DNA of 63,964 bases, filler included, from Rhabdomonas costata (lineage: Eukaryota), in assembly GCA_019059605.1 (NCBI GenBank). It is 52 parts of 52 records of this genome, joined end to end, with 100 filler letters (N's around TTAATTAATTAA, not from the genome) between each part and the next. Parts side by side here need not be neighbours in the genome. Positions count along the whole stretch, not along the records: positions 22,189 to 23,317 come from JAHMHO010026984.1; positions 23,418 to 24,550 come from JAHMHO010026985.1; positions 24,651 to 25,783 come from JAHMHO010026986.1; positions 25,884 to 27,016 come from JAHMHO010026987.1; positions 27,117 to 28,249 come from JAHMHO010026988.1; positions 28,350 to 29,482 come from JAHMHO010026989.1; positions 29,583 to 30,713 come from JAHMHO010026990.1; positions 30,814 to 31,945 come from JAHMHO010026991.1; 44 more parts are not named here. One strand, 5' to 3'. A program made the translations under genes and the position numbers. Under the pieces are notes generated by a model. That model saw only the letters and a list, made by a program, of their open reading frames with translations. It did not search any database and had not been told where the DNA came from. Below are positions 23,231 to 36,424 of the stretch, piece after piece. Each line of letters begins with the position of its first letter. Positions within the stretch are counted from its first letter, which is position 1.

Positions 23231-23465
23231 CTGCATAATTAAAAACAAAGTGCCCTCGAGAGAGGCAGGAGACAAGGGCAACTTACGCTTCCGCACAAAC
23301 GTACCCCAAACACCCCCNNNNNNNNNNNNNNNNNNNNNNNNNNNNNNNNNNNNNNNNNNNNTTAATTAATTAANNNNNNNNNNNNNNNNNNNNNNNNNNN
23401 NNNNNNNNNNNNNNNNNTTGTGTTGTGAATGAGAGCTCGTTGCATGCCTTGCTGATTGTTTGGAG

Positions 23466-24349
23466 CACCTGATGATTGTGTGTGAGCTTCTCCGCGACAA
23501 CCTGTACGAGTTCAGCAAGTTCAACCGCGAGTGCGAGGACGAGCCCTACTTTACAATGGGCCGCCTGCAAAGGATCGCGGCGCAGGTCCTGGTGGCACTG
23601 CAGTTTATCCACAGCCTTGGGCTGGTGCACTGCGACCTGAAGCCGGAGAATATACTGATCAAGAGCTACAGCCGGTGCGAGGTCAAGGTACACCTCAACA
23701 GAGAGCAACGAGGGGGAGGTGAGAGGAGCGTTGTGGCCGGTTGTGGCCCCAACCTTTTAGGGTTCGAGTTGGCGGGAGATTTTTGCAACTTAACACTGGC
23801 AGATAGCCTTCGCAACAGTTGAGTATACACACAATGTCGCGAGATAAGATACAAAGCAGTGAGAGCCCGGAAAAGAGAGATAGCAGCTCTGGAAGGCAAG
23901 AAATGCTGAGAGGGAAGCGTGTAAAATGCCTGAATAGAGGGAATGATTGCTCCTGCGGCAGAATAAGAAGAACTACTGAGTGGCCACCACGCACAAGGTT
24001 CGGGGAATTGGCCCAGGACTTGTCTTCCATACATTGCTAGGCCCAGAACTGCTTTCCATAACTGACGGTTGTGGAGACGAGGGGTGAACCTTCGATTGCA
24101 GGTGATCGACTTCGGGTCTTCATGCTTCACCACGGACCACCTCAGCTCGTATGTACAAAGCCGGTGCTACCGTGCCCCTGAGGTCGTCCTGGGATTGCCG
24201 TGGGATGGCCGGATCGACCTGTGGTCCCTGGGCGCCATCCTGGCCGAGCTGTACACCGGGCGGGTGCTGTTCCACAACACCTCTCTGCCCACCATGCTGG
24301 CGCGGATTGTGTCGATCTGTGGACCCTTCCCGCCCACAATGATTAGCAA
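23466..24349 (+). CDS. DYRK-family kinase (DYRKP-like), two exons (23466-23687, 24102-24349)
   Basis: HLMIVCELL, HCDLKPEN, VK|VIDFGSSC, SYVQSRCYRAPE and IDLWSLG, with a GT-AG intron in phase. Confidence 0.95.
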
Positions 24350-24748
24350 GTGCGTGGCTCTCCGCCCCTCCTCCTCTATTTAAACCCTACTGCGACTGCA
24401 ACTACAGCCGAACCTAACCTCTCCCTTACCTTAACCCCAATTCCAACTCGTCTCGTTGTCTATGGCTTTTTAATGTCAAATTTGGCTATTGCGCTGTTCA
24501 GAAAATATAAAACAGACAATAATGTTTGAACGGCAGGTCCCGGCACGGCTNNNNNNNNNNNNNNNNNNNNNNNNNNNNNNNNNNNNNNNNNNNNTTAATT
24601 AATTAANNNNNNNNNNNNNNNNNNNNNNNNNNNNNNNNNNNNNNNNNNNNGGGTGTGAGGCGATATCGCCCCATGTGCCCTCGCATCCACTTCCGCTTGG
24701 TAATGGTGGGCAAATCCTGTAATTCCTGGTGCTTCGTCTCTCTCGCAG

Positions 24749-25636
24749 ACCACAGTAGTGCCAACTTATGGCATCTCCTGGGCTGATGGCGTGGTGATGG
24801 CCGGGGTGGCGGGCACCCACTTTATGGGCGGGAACATCAACTTCACCGTCACTCTGGGGCGGTGCGACAAGGCCGCGGCTAACCCCCCGGTGTGTATCCC
24901 TCATGTGCTTCCCTGAACCCCGACCTCGCTGTGTGGTACAGGTGTGCAAGAATATCGGAAGAGACGAGGTAGAAATTGCACCAGAGTACTAAAACACCAG
25001 AGACCATGTCCGAGACTCTTGTTGGCTGTTCTCGCATGCCTGCTGATGCTGGGCAATTAGAAAAGCCAGTTGGTGGTGGGCGCCACCCAGGTCCTGCCGG
25101 GCTCTGGGCTGACCTACCAGCAGGCCGCCGTGTACTGGAACTCCGTGGGCATCAGCCTCGTGGACGCCGCCGCGCTGCTGGGCTCGCACTCCACCATCGT
25201 GGCCCCGGCCGGAGACCCCCCGAACTGGTCCAACGAGCTCTTCGTCGCACAGGTGGGTGCCACATCCCCAGCCACTATTCTGTCCTTCGCATGAACTGAC
25301 ATATGCCCATACAATGGCATATGCCGTTATCGCCTTTTTGGTATCACACGTGCCAATCCACAACCTCCAGTGGCTATCGGTCCTCTTTTTCCCCGTCACC
25401 ACATCATCCTCGTACTTCTCTCCATTTTTTATTTCCGTTCCAGTTCTTCCTCTTCTGCTTCTTCCTGCGCACAGCTTTAATTCCAGTTCCTGGGGGTGGC
25501 GTCGTCAACCAAGTCCCGCAGTCCAGCTTCCTTGTGGGCTCGGCGTGCAATGGCTACAACCCCGCCTCCGTCAACTGGAACGCCGTGCACAACGCCTTCA
25601 TCACGTACTTCGGACGCTCGGGAACCATCTCCCCAA
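24749..25636 (+). CDS. Heme peroxidase (peroxidase-catalase superfamily), exons 24749-24889, about 25070-25252, about 25444-25636
   Basis: ISWADGVVMAGVAGTHFMGG...LGRCD, LP...AAALLGSHS (proximal His) and PPNWSNELF. The third exon is uncertain. Confidence 0.8.
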
Positions 25637-28600
25637 GTCAATCACACACGCACGCACATCTACTCAGCACCTAGATCTCGATTTCATTTTGTGGGCTCAA
25701 GAATGGCGGGTCACAACAGGAGAATGCAGAATCGTATACGAACGCAGCACCGTTCCAAACGTCACGCACCTCTCCACCACCACNNNNNNNNNNNNNNNNN
25801 NNNNNNNNNNNNNNNNNNNNNNNNNNNTTAATTAATTAANNNNNNNNNNNNNNNNNNNNNNNNNNNNNNNNNNNNNNNNNNNNTTTGTGGTGGGGCTTAC
25901 CACTCTGGTCCATCCGTCTGCATCGCTTCCTTTCCACTACTTCCCCAACCCCAACTTACCTCTGCAGTGTCGCAAACAACTACAGTCCGAGTCTTATCGC
26001 CAACTTTCTGAACAGCTCCTGCATATGTGGATGTGGATGATGACGGCCTGTTGCCTGTGGAAATCACTTCAACCGGTGTCGTCGGGCTTGGTTTAGGCTT
26101 GGGAAACTTAGCCGCCGGTATGAAACTGGTCCCTGCCCACGTATGCTCGTAGACTGCACCAGGGGCCTCGCTACGCTCCCTCTTGGTTTCCGTAACAGAA
26201 TGCTGTACCAACGCTGGCCTCAACTTTGGAACTGTCTCTTGAGCAGCCTTGGGCACTGCACTCTCTGTGGAATTCGAGGGCGTGGCTCTGGCCACTCCTG
26301 TTATTGTGGTTGCTGTGCATTACCTCCTCTGGGAGGTTCCATCAACGGTCACCTACCCATCTTCAGCTGTCGCAAAATTTCACCCAACGTATCTGCAACT
26401 GGTGGCTGTGGATGGGGCTTCGGGGCCCGAGGGACACACTTCACAAACTGCCTGGTCTCTGGAATCTGGGGCAACAATTCTATGGAAACAAGCTTCCTCC
26501 TCAGAACATCATTACGCAACCCCTCGATATTATCCCGTTCTGAAATCAGAACCGATACCTCAATCTGTTCAACCACCTCCATCACATACGTCACCATGGC
26601 GTGATACTCCAACACTGGTGGAATGGTACTCATGGTCTGTAACTGTGGAGATCCCTGGCAACCATCCTCCAATCGTTCAACTCCTGCATGGCCTTAGCCA
26701 TCTCAACTCTTCCATGCTCCAGAATACCCACTAGATTTGTGATCTCTGCATTCTCTTTCCTGTCCTTGTACCGATCTGAAATCCACTGCACTGCATTCAT
26801 CCACCTCGTGGTACTTTCTACCGCTCCAGAACATCTACTATTCAGTCGCTCTGCAGTATATTTTCGCATCTTCTCCAAACCTGTGGAAGACTTATCAAAT
26901 GCACACAAGCCTCATACCTATTCTGTAGATTGGCCCTCATAAACGCGTTCAGACCTGCCAAGTAACGCTTCTCTGCAGGGGGCTTAGGGGTCTGGGACAT
27001 CTCCACAACCCCCACCNNNNNNNNNNNNNNNNNNNNNNNNNNNNNNNNNNNNNNNNNNNNTTAATTAATTAANNNNNNNNNNNNNNNNNNNNNNNNNNNN
27101 NNNNNNNNNNNNNNNNGGGTGTTTTACCTGCATTCCGCATGCTGCTTTCCCCGGTTCACTTCCTCTGCTTTTTTGGAGGGAGGGCGTGTACGTTGTCTGC
27201 TTTATTCCAGTGCTTGTTCAAGTGCTTCTTTCCCAAGCGTGATCCAAGAGGTCAATGCTTGTATATGCCTCCAAACGTGCAGAGTACTGAAAGAATGAAT
27301 TAGTGAGTGAGGGAATGGCAGCTTCAAACGAGATCCTCTCATCAGTTTGTTTTGTGTGACCGTTTTTGTTCGCTCCTTTTTTTGTAGACCTCGTCGTATG
27401 CACCCCCTCTTTTTACTGACTTCTGTGCATATCTATCCCGTTGGCTTCTCGAACCCTTTTAGGGTGGCAACGTGAGCAGCCTCGGAGCGCGTGCCTCAGC
27501 TCTCTTCTCACCGTGCATCAGTGCTTGTCCTCCCTCGTCGCTATAAGCGCAGTAGTTCGTGATTTTATGGAGATGCATTGGAGATTTGTCTGAGATGGGC
27601 TTCGCATGGACTGCGTGAGGCGAGTGAGCTGTACGATCAGCTGGCAACGCCATCTGCCTGGAGGTTTTTGTGTATTATTGTTCCATAGCGCGGTAACTGA
27701 AAGTAAAATCTGTGTATCACCATTTTTTGCTTAAGAACCTTACACTGTAAAGTCAGAATCAGGGAATACTTCGTTTTTTGAATGCTCGCATGGTTAGTAA
27801 TTCAAAACATGCCCCCGTAAGGACCACACACCTCACAAAATTGATCTCACATACGGCGGCATTCTAGCTGATTAAATTAAAGCAACCGGCTCTCATCCGC
27901 CAGACGGCAGGTCCGAGCTCAACGCAAAACCCCGCTCACCTTGGTCCTCATTGCATCTGGTTTTCCGCCAACCATTTGAGTCAAATTTTCGCTTTCCTGG
28001 CATTTGATTGGATCGAATCGTCCGAAAAACGGAATGGGCTTGAAAAAACAATTCATCAGAACGGGACAAGCAATGACCTGGGACAGATAAATGCAGGTAT
28101 CAAAGGGTACTAATATCATGCCCTTGCTATCCAGATGTGTTCCGCACCGTGTTCCGCTTCTAACGTGGCGGGTTGGGGAAGATCAAAAAGAACTCTTCTA
28201 TCCGTTCCTTGGCTTAATCTCGAAACACAACACCAAAGCACAAACCACANNNNNNNNNNNNNNNNNNNNNNNNNNNNNNNNNNNNNNNNNNNNTTAATTA
28301 ATTAANNNNNNNNNNNNNNNNNNNNNNNNNNNNNNNNNNNNNNNNNNNNGGGTTGGGGGTGTAGGGTCAGGCATTCGGGAGTGGGTTGGTAGATGCAGGC
28401 ATGTCGGGTACCGGGTACATCTGGGGGTTGGGTGCGGAAAATCCACCTGCAAGTTTCGTCGTGAAAAAAGCCCCCAGGCTCCCGTTTTTCGTACAGATCA
28501 TCCTTATTCTAGTCTCATGTGGCGTGTACCCATCTTTCCTGGCATTTGATAGAGTTTATTTTAGACAACAAGTTCACAACAATGCATTTATTAATAACAA

Positions 28601-29342
28601 TGCAACAACAGAATAAAACAAAAAATTATAAGAAAAACGAAAAAGCTCAAATTTTCGCCTCCCGTCATACACAAGAGTCTATTAGGAAACTAATTCTGAC
28701 GTTAGAAGTACTGCTAGGCTGCTAGTCAAGATTCAAAAAAGAAAAAACTCTCGGGCGACACACTCGGGTCGCACAAGCGCCTCTGGGGAGAGTAAAGAGG
28801 CAACAGGCAAAAGTAGACAAATATCGGGCACTATGTAAAATTGTAGATCGACAACAGAGGGAGGAATTTCGAGGAATGATGTACGCATGCAGGGGGTTGT
28901 AGGCGTGCGCCGGTAAGGTTCGCAGTCGTAGCACTGGTTGGGTTATCGGTCACTCACACCCACTCACTTACCTCTTTACCAAATTCACGCTGCGTCTGGT
29001 TAGCTTAGCGGGATCACTCCCGCCTCTTTAGGAGTCCACGAAGAGATCCTAAGGCCCCTCACTGTGTAGTCCAACTTGTGCCCCAGCTCCCGAAGAGCTG
29101 GTCGCCGATGGCCCGGTGGCTGAACACTCTCCACAAGGAAGAACACCGTTCGGCACGTGCAAACAGCAAACAACAACACGTACGGAACAAGAAAGAGAGA
29201 AGCCGGAAGGTACATCAACGGGTAGAGAGCTCAAACGGCGGGAAAGCACACTCCTGGAGGGTGTAAGGGTGAGGAGTAACTGGGAGGGGCAATATGTTTA
29301 TATGTTTATATGTTTGGCATAACTTTCGCAGTGACCCTTTTT

Positions 29343-29440
29343 CTAGGGGACACGGGTAAGGCTTCCTAACCCCCTGCGAGAAGAAATATCTTGTCCTATG
29401 GGACGCAGCCAAGGCTTCCTAACTCCCTGCGAGAGAAATA
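29343..29440. repeat. Two imperfect copies of an about 53-bp tandem unit
   Basis: AAGGCTTCCTAACYCCCTGCGAGA(A)GAAATA occurs at 29358 and 29411. Confidence 0.7.
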
Positions 29441-32400
29441 AAAGCACACATCACTGGAAATGCCCGTCACGAATGTGCTCCANNNNNNNNNNNNNNNNNN
29501 NNNNNNNNNNNNNNNNNNNNNNNNNNTTAATTAATTAANNNNNNNNNNNNNNNNNNNNNNNNNNNNNNNNNNNNNNNNNNNNGTTGTTGTGGTCAGCACC
29601 GTGAATGAGTCAGAATGGGAAGTCGTGTAGTTCTCCACGTGCCGAGGAGCGGTCAAAGTATGCTCAATAAACTGAGCCTCTTCCTCGGCTACATCCACCC
29701 TGTTGCAAAGAGAGGGACACGTCACAGAAATTGTGCGTGAAAGCAGAAAAAAGTTTAACAAACGAATATTCTTAGCTTGTGCTGGTGTTTGATCTGCATG
29801 GTCTTCGACAACGGAATTTGTCTGCACGGCTCAATTTTTTTTTGAAGAACTTCACAGCACAGCGAATAGCTAACAGCAAACAACAAGCAAGAGGAACAAA
29901 GACAAGGAACAAGAAAGACATGAGATAATGGTGTTCTATTTCATTCTAAAGCAACAACACCCGAAAAGTAAGTAAATACTGCGCAACGAATTCCGATATG
30001 AAGTTTTTACTCTGTCTTTGAAACGCATGTCCGATTCTGTCAATAGTATTTGCCAATCAGAAACGTGCAAGTTCTGAGTTGACGATGTTACCTGCTATGC
30101 GATAGTCCGCAACTAATTTGGATTTTTCCATCCAGTTCAGTTTTTTCCCGTAACGTAACGAGGTACGAGTGTAGTAAACGGTTTATTTTGTATGGGGATG
30201 CCTGCGTTTGTGTTCCCGAAACGAAACGAAACTTCTCTTCCTCTTCCCACCCTGCCGAGCCCTTCACTGAGACTGAGTGGTTGACATCAACATTACCACA
30301 TCAGCTTCACCCAGTATCCCTCCCTCTGGTACGAAGCATGGGTTGGAGCGCAGCGACGGAGCCATGCGTAGTAGAAGTGATGACATGATGATGGCACCTG
30401 CGGTAGGAATGCCAACACCACTCACCCTTCCACCCGTCACCTCAAGGCCCTCAGAAACGCGTAGGAGTGGAAGGTGAAGGGTTAGCGTGCGTCCTGCGTA
30501 GGGTATCGGAATCACCATCACCCTTCCTCTCACTCACTACCTCAGAGTTGGGATTCTACCACCGACATCTTGCGTAGGAGTGGGGAATGCGATCGAGGGG
30601 TTGGAATGTCAGCATCATGGCATCAGCATCAGCCTCGGCATGTGCGTAGCTTCAACGTCCCTTCATCTAACGGTTGAACGGCCACCACCACCACCACCAC
30701 CACCACCACAACCNNNNNNNNNNNNNNNNNNNNNNNNNNNNNNNNNNNNNNNNNNNNTTAATTAATTAANNNNNNNNNNNNNNNNNNNNNNNNNNNNNNN
30801 NNNNNNNNNNNNNTGCTGGGTGTGTTTGGTTGGCGGGTGAATGTATCATAAAAGGAAACCAACCCCGAAGCACAAACGCAAAACCAGAAAGAAAACACAG
30901 CGGGATGAAGAAGTTTTCCAGACACTAAAAAAGCCCAACCCACCAGGAAGGCATTGAGGGAAGCAGAAACAATGTGCAACCAGCAACACAAACCCAATAC
31001 AACAGCGCTTGCCATAGTTCTTCCATCCAAACCGCCGAAAGCAAGACAGGGACCACAGCGAACAATGCGCAAGTATCCCTCGGAGCTGCCAAAATTAGAA
31101 ACGTAGCTCACACAACAACCCACAAGACATCCCGCTGCCTGACAAACTTACTATGATATAGGCGTCCTGGGTGAAGCCCAGCGGAAGGGGGGCCTGGGGG
31201 TCTCCTCCGCCCACCACAGCGGTGCCGTTGACGGCGATCAAGCGGTGCCGCCCGTGGGGTCCTCGAAGGCGCTGCGGTCCACCCGAAGCTCCACGCGATC
31301 CCCTACTTTCAAGTTAATCCCTGCGAAGGTCTGCTTCCAAAAACCACCGAGGTGATACTGGCCCTGGGGCCCATTTGCCAGCACCGGGCGCCTGATCCGG
31401 TGCATGCTGGAGACCTCCACAAATGCCCACCGTGGACACTACAAAGACTATGTAACCCCCCGACCTGGCTATCACCTCAAAGTACACTGGTGGCGATGGT
31501 GAAGCCCATGTGGGCCACTGCGGTGCTGGCCGTGCCTGGGGCACCAGCAGTGCTGGACCCAGTCGTGGCGCGACTTAAGGGGACCCCCAAGAGCCCCATC
31601 GGCTCGGGGGTGTTTAATCCCGCGGCCACGGTGCCTGCCTTGGTGAGGCCCACTGCGGGAAGCACGGCGGCGGAGCTGCCTGCGCTGAAGCGGGTGCCGG
31701 TTAGGCTTCCCCATCCCTCTGTGCGAGCAGCGGCTCTGCCGCTCCCTGCGGAGTGTCTCCGGTGGCCGAGCTGTGGGCGAGCACCGTTCCGGCGCACACC
31801 CGCCTGAGCCCGTGGAAAGCGGGCTGGGACTCCGTGGATTCCCGCTGAGCTTCACCGCGGTAAGGGCTTGTATCGGAGGAAATGTAGAGAAAGAGATGCT
31901 GTCTTCGTGCAGTGTTGTGAGTTGTGGTGTTGCCGCAGACTTGCTNNNNNNNNNNNNNNNNNNNNNNNNNNNNNNNNNNNNNNNNNNNNTTAATTAATTA
32001 ANNNNNNNNNNNNNNNNNNNNNNNNNNNNNNNNNNNNNNNNNNNNGGTTGTTGTGACTGTGCTGCCTGGAATGAGGAGAGAAGTTGGCAGTGGGGATCCG
32101 TGAACAGAATGTAGAACGAAAAAGTTATACAAGGCACATCGCCAGCTCATTCGGACCCGCTTCCAAGGTGGGGTCAAGTTCAGCGCAGCGACGCCGACGA
32201 AGCCGACGCCAAATTTCTCCCATCGCTGTGAGGAGTTCCGGACCATGCCGACAAGACCGACTGATGAGGCCTTTGATCTCGAGCAGAGCCACGACATGCA
32301 TTGGTGTTTACTGCACGTGGAAAGGAGTCCACAGCAGTCAGCCTGTGGTGGTGGCGGTGGCAGGGTGATGGAGAAGAGGGACGGATTCTTGAGTCCGGCT

Positions 32401-32466
32401 CGGCTTCGCAGCGCTCTCTTTATTTATTTCCGCGGTAATCTTTTTGGAGGCGCCGCAGGGGGGGCG

Positions 32467-32624
32467 ATGTCGGCTGCGGTTTACGTGCCGCAGGGTCACG
32501 CGGCGCGGCTGTACAGCATCTCGCACTCCCTGGGGTTCTCCGGGCTATATGCGGACTCACTGGAGGACTGCGCGGTGGTGGTGTGCGCCACCCCTGAGAA
32601 GGTCTCAATGCTGAAGGCCGATCG
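32467..32624 (+). CDS. First coding exon of an NTAN1/CheD-like deamidase-fold protein
   Basis: MSAAVYVPQGHAA...LYADSLEDCAVVVC...VSMLKAD resembles NTAN1 YVxQxExA...SDDATTCxxVV...HxD. The ATG follows a pyrimidine tract plus AG, and the donor is G|GTGTG. Confidence 0.45.
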
Positions 32625-34585
32625 GTGTGTGCATGTGTTTGTCCCTCTGCCCTCCCTGGAGATCCCTGCCTCGCTGCGCTGTCACCCTTATGCTGTGTGT
32701 TGTCTGGGGAAGTGTGGTTGGCCTCACAACTGAGGTTAACACTGCAGGCACTTCCTTATTCTTGGATGGGATGTAGGTGCGGATAATGTATAGAATAGGA
32801 TAGGTGTCTTCATGGGTGAGATCCCACCAAAAATGCTGTGCTCTCAACATTTCTGTCTGGCCATGCTTCGGCAAGCAGTGCCACTGTGGATCGAAACTGT
32901 GTGTGGGCTCCCCGTTCATGGGTTATCTCCCCGCCCTTGTGGCGCGGTGCAGCTTACCGTGCTGGGGTGCGTGAAGCACGGTTATAGAACTTTAGAGGAC
33001 AGTGAGCAACAGAAAACTGAACTACCTTTTTTCAGTGAGATTCCTGCGTTTTCACCCGGGTTTGGTACCCGAAGCTTTGTTGTTCTGCTTTAGTGAAAAA
33101 GGAAACCTATCTCTCTCGGTTTCTGACTTTGCGTGTTTGCAACCTTTTGGGTGCATGCAGGTGGGTGGCCCGGCTGNNNNNNNNNNNNNNNNNNNNNNNN
33201 NNNNNNNNNNNNNNNNNNNNTTAATTAATTAANNNNNNNNNNNNNNNNNNNNNNNNNNNNNNNNNNNNNNNNNNNNAACCTGAGTTCTGGTGCATTTTCG
33301 CATCTTCAAATTTTCGGCGGTCGATTTTTATTCGCTGGTTCACGTTGGGCCCTGCCCACTCATTTCTCTTTCGCTCTGATTCCGTTTTTTCTTTTCAACA
33401 CCATCTGAGATCAATGTTCCCGGTAACAATCAATGTTGCCAAGGGAAATGCCGAGCAGAAAAGTAAATCGCGTTCACGCGTTTATCGCGCTCGAGGCCCT
33501 GATCCTTGAATGTGCCTTGCTTGGTGTTTAGCTTGGTTCCCTTGTCCTTGGGGCTCCTGTGCTTGAATTCTTGTCTTGATTTCCTCATTGTGTTTTGTGT
33601 GCCCAGCCTGCCTTCTCCCCCATCTCCGAAGGTTTGCGCGAGGAAAAGCGTCACAGAAATTGATTGAACTACCTGGTTCCGATCGACGCCCCCCTCTTCT
33701 GTCTAAATTTCCGGTGCGACTATCTGAACAGGATCGGAGTCCTCAAATACAGGGCTTGAAAACAAACACGGCGGTTCACGGTTTTGGGTGCTAGATTCCT
33801 CGAATGTGGTCCTCGATAAATTCATGGAATGAAAGGCGGTTGCCACAAGCCGACGCCATAGCGCAGTGACACCACAGTTGTACAGGGCTCAAAACTACTT
33901 TCCCGCATCGGAAACCAATGATTTTCCGTTGAACTGACCTGAGCGCCGCAAAGCGCGACACGCACGACGATGCCAACTTTGGATAGCGGTAGCAATTAAA
34001 AAACGAAACATGTCTCAAGGTCACTGGTGTTTGAATTGCATTTCGCCAATGCCTTCATGTTCGAGCCATTCAAGGGGTAGCCCGGTAGCAGGTTCCATGT
34101 ACAAATGCTACAACTTTCTCGCAACACAAGTCAACGTCCAAAAGTTTCTCCGAGTGACTTCCCAAAATGTGCAGGGGCAGAGAGCAACAATGCTCCCGGA
34201 CAGCGTTCCACCAAAACAAAAGATTATCAGCTTGAGGAAGGCGTCGACGGTCCAGAGCTGATCAGCTTGCTGTGCTGCAAGAACCTCTGGTACGGGTTCA
34301 TGCTGCTGTGAACCCACACCAAACCTGTCACACACACCTCACATCCTACTCCACCGCACTCATCCGAAGAGCGAAACATATAGCACCAAAATACGTTCCA
34401 CCAAAAACNNNNNNNNNNNNNNNNNNNNNNNNNNNNNNNNNNNNNNNNNNNNTTAATTAATTAANNNNNNNNNNNNNNNNNNNNNNNNNNNNNNNNNNNN
34501 NNNNNNNNAAGACAGAATTGAGCAGATTAAGGTGTGGGTTCAGAGTGGGTGGTGGCGTGGTTGGGTTTCTGGGAGGGGGGGACAG

Positions 34586-35023
34586 AGAGCGAGGCCCTGG
34601 ACGCGGAGCTCAGCCACGGTCAGTCCCTGGTGGAGTTTGCGAACGGGCTAAACCTGGAGGACTTCCTCGCCAATGCGGAGGTCCAGGCCGCTATCGGTGC
34701 GGGGCCTGTCCACCCGCCCCCGGGCCTGACGATTGAGGATAAGTAATGGAGGGATGCTGGCTGGTTCCTCCTGTGGCAATTGGAAATCTGACGGAAAAGT
34801 ACAGAACGCACCTTCCTGCCACAAAAACACAGCGTCAGAATTCCTGGACCTTTCAAAATAGTGTACCGCGAGGGGGGTTGGGGCTTCTTCAAGCAGGTCC
34901 TTCAAGCAGGTCTCCTCGGTGGGTGGTGTGGTATACGCGTGTTGTTTTGCAGCGGCGATCCATGAGAAGCTCGACGAGACGCCTTCGGAGGGCAGCCAGG
35001 AGTCCCAGCGGGAGCGGCAGAAG
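34586..35023 (+). CDS. Unknown protein, two exons (34586-34696, 34953-35023)
   Basis: In-phase GT-AG splice: SEALDAELSHGQSLVEFANGLNLEDFLANAEVQAAI|AAIHEKLDETPSEGSQESQRERQK. High GC3. Confidence 0.6.
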
Positions 35024-36111
35024 GTTCGAGCTGTTACAAAAAATCAATCGAGAGGCCTCTTCCCTGGCTCGCTAGTTTTGAGCAAATTGGTCTTCTGCCT
35101 TAGAGGTTCACCCTGGTGGGTCCGGCAAACCTTCCTGTATAGGCTTGGAGGCACTTGTGGTTGTGGTGGCTTAGCTTAGCGGTAGGACTTGGGTGGTCAC
35201 CAGAAGATACCTTCGCGTGTTGATGGGTTGGGAGAACCGTTTTGGCAGGTACGCATTTGGTGTCATCGCATAGAAAAAGGTTCTAAATGAACCAATGGTT
35301 GTGCTGAGACAAATGAGTTTAAATGAATGAAGTATGCAACTTTTTTGTCGGGGCATAAAAGAGATGCGGCTTTCCTACACCTTTTTGCAAGGGCCTTGTC
35401 TCCATGCAAAGGGTGCGACTGCATCGAATGCCTAGCGAACAGACTTGAGTGCGTTTCCTCACCTTCTGGTTTAGGTCATTGAGGAGACCGCAGGTCTCGA
35501 GGATGACACGGCCTCTGTGTGTTCGCGAAGGACCACTCGCTCCACGGCCTCCGCCTTGCGCTCTGGTCTCCCGCTGAGCCGCCCCGCGGAGCTGGCCACC
35601 CCGCACTCCTCCACTAATTCTGCCGTGCTGCACGACAAAANNNNNNNNNNNNNNNNNNNNNNNNNNNNNNNNNNNNNNNNNNNNTTAATTAATTAANNNN
35701 NNNNNNNNNNNNNNNNNNNNNNNNNNNNNNNNNNNNNNNNAAGGGATACCGAAAAAAGGGGCTTGTGTGCAGACTCACCTCCCACTCTCATTGCGGGTGG
35801 TTCGGCAGGCAGAAGGGCACACAGAGGAAAAGGGCAAGAAAAAATTACAAAAAAAAAGCGGTTGGCAAGTCATGGTGGCAGCTTACAGGCCATTCGTGGC
35901 CCATCAGAGGAGAACTGAAACCAAAGACACGGAAGCTTCACTGCAACACAATGCATCCACACACTGCAGCAACGCAAAGCAAAGCCAGGCGAACCGGCGA
36001 ACAGGAAAAGCCCATTTCGCCAAAATGATAGCCCCGGTCGTAGAAATAAATGCACACAATACACCCTCAAACTCTCTCATGCACTGTCCCTGCACCATTC
36101 CTTTTCCATAG

Positions 36112-36424
36112 GGAAGCAACCCCACCGCGGTCCCCGAATGGGCCTCAGTTCCAGTCCTCACCAACCTCAGGCTCCCCCAAGAGCGCTGGGGGCCTGCTCT
36201 CCCCCGCCCATGCTGCCGCCGCGGTGGCGATGAAGCCGGTGAGCCGGGGAGGAGGCCGGGACTACGAGGCCATGAAGGCATACCTCCCCAGAGTACTTCG
36301 GGGGTTCATGACCACGCACTCCATGCAGGCCTCGACCAACCTGAGGTTCCACGCCTCGTGCGTGTTCGCGGACGTCTCGGGGTTTACCCGGGTCACCGAG
36401 GAGCTCAAGAAGCAGCCTGACGGG
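36112..36424 (+). CDS. Soluble adenylate cyclase (ADCY10-like) N-terminal catalytic-domain exon
   Basis: AYLPRVL...FHASCVFADVSGFTRVTEELKKQPDG matches the sAC pattern Y.P....FADISGFT.L.E.L...G. CATAG acceptor and GT donor. Confidence 0.85.

Noticed and set aside
30682-30713. (CCA)n run as poly-proline or telomere
   Set aside because: It lies at the contig end and merges with the C/A-rich amplification tail. It is not TTAGGG.
31162-31859. GC-rich block with a B3-domain-like peptide on the minus strand (YHLGGFWKQTFAGINLKVGDRVEL)
   Set aside because: Every frame I read on both strands is interrupted, and the splice signals favour the plus strand. The resemblance is too short to support a call.
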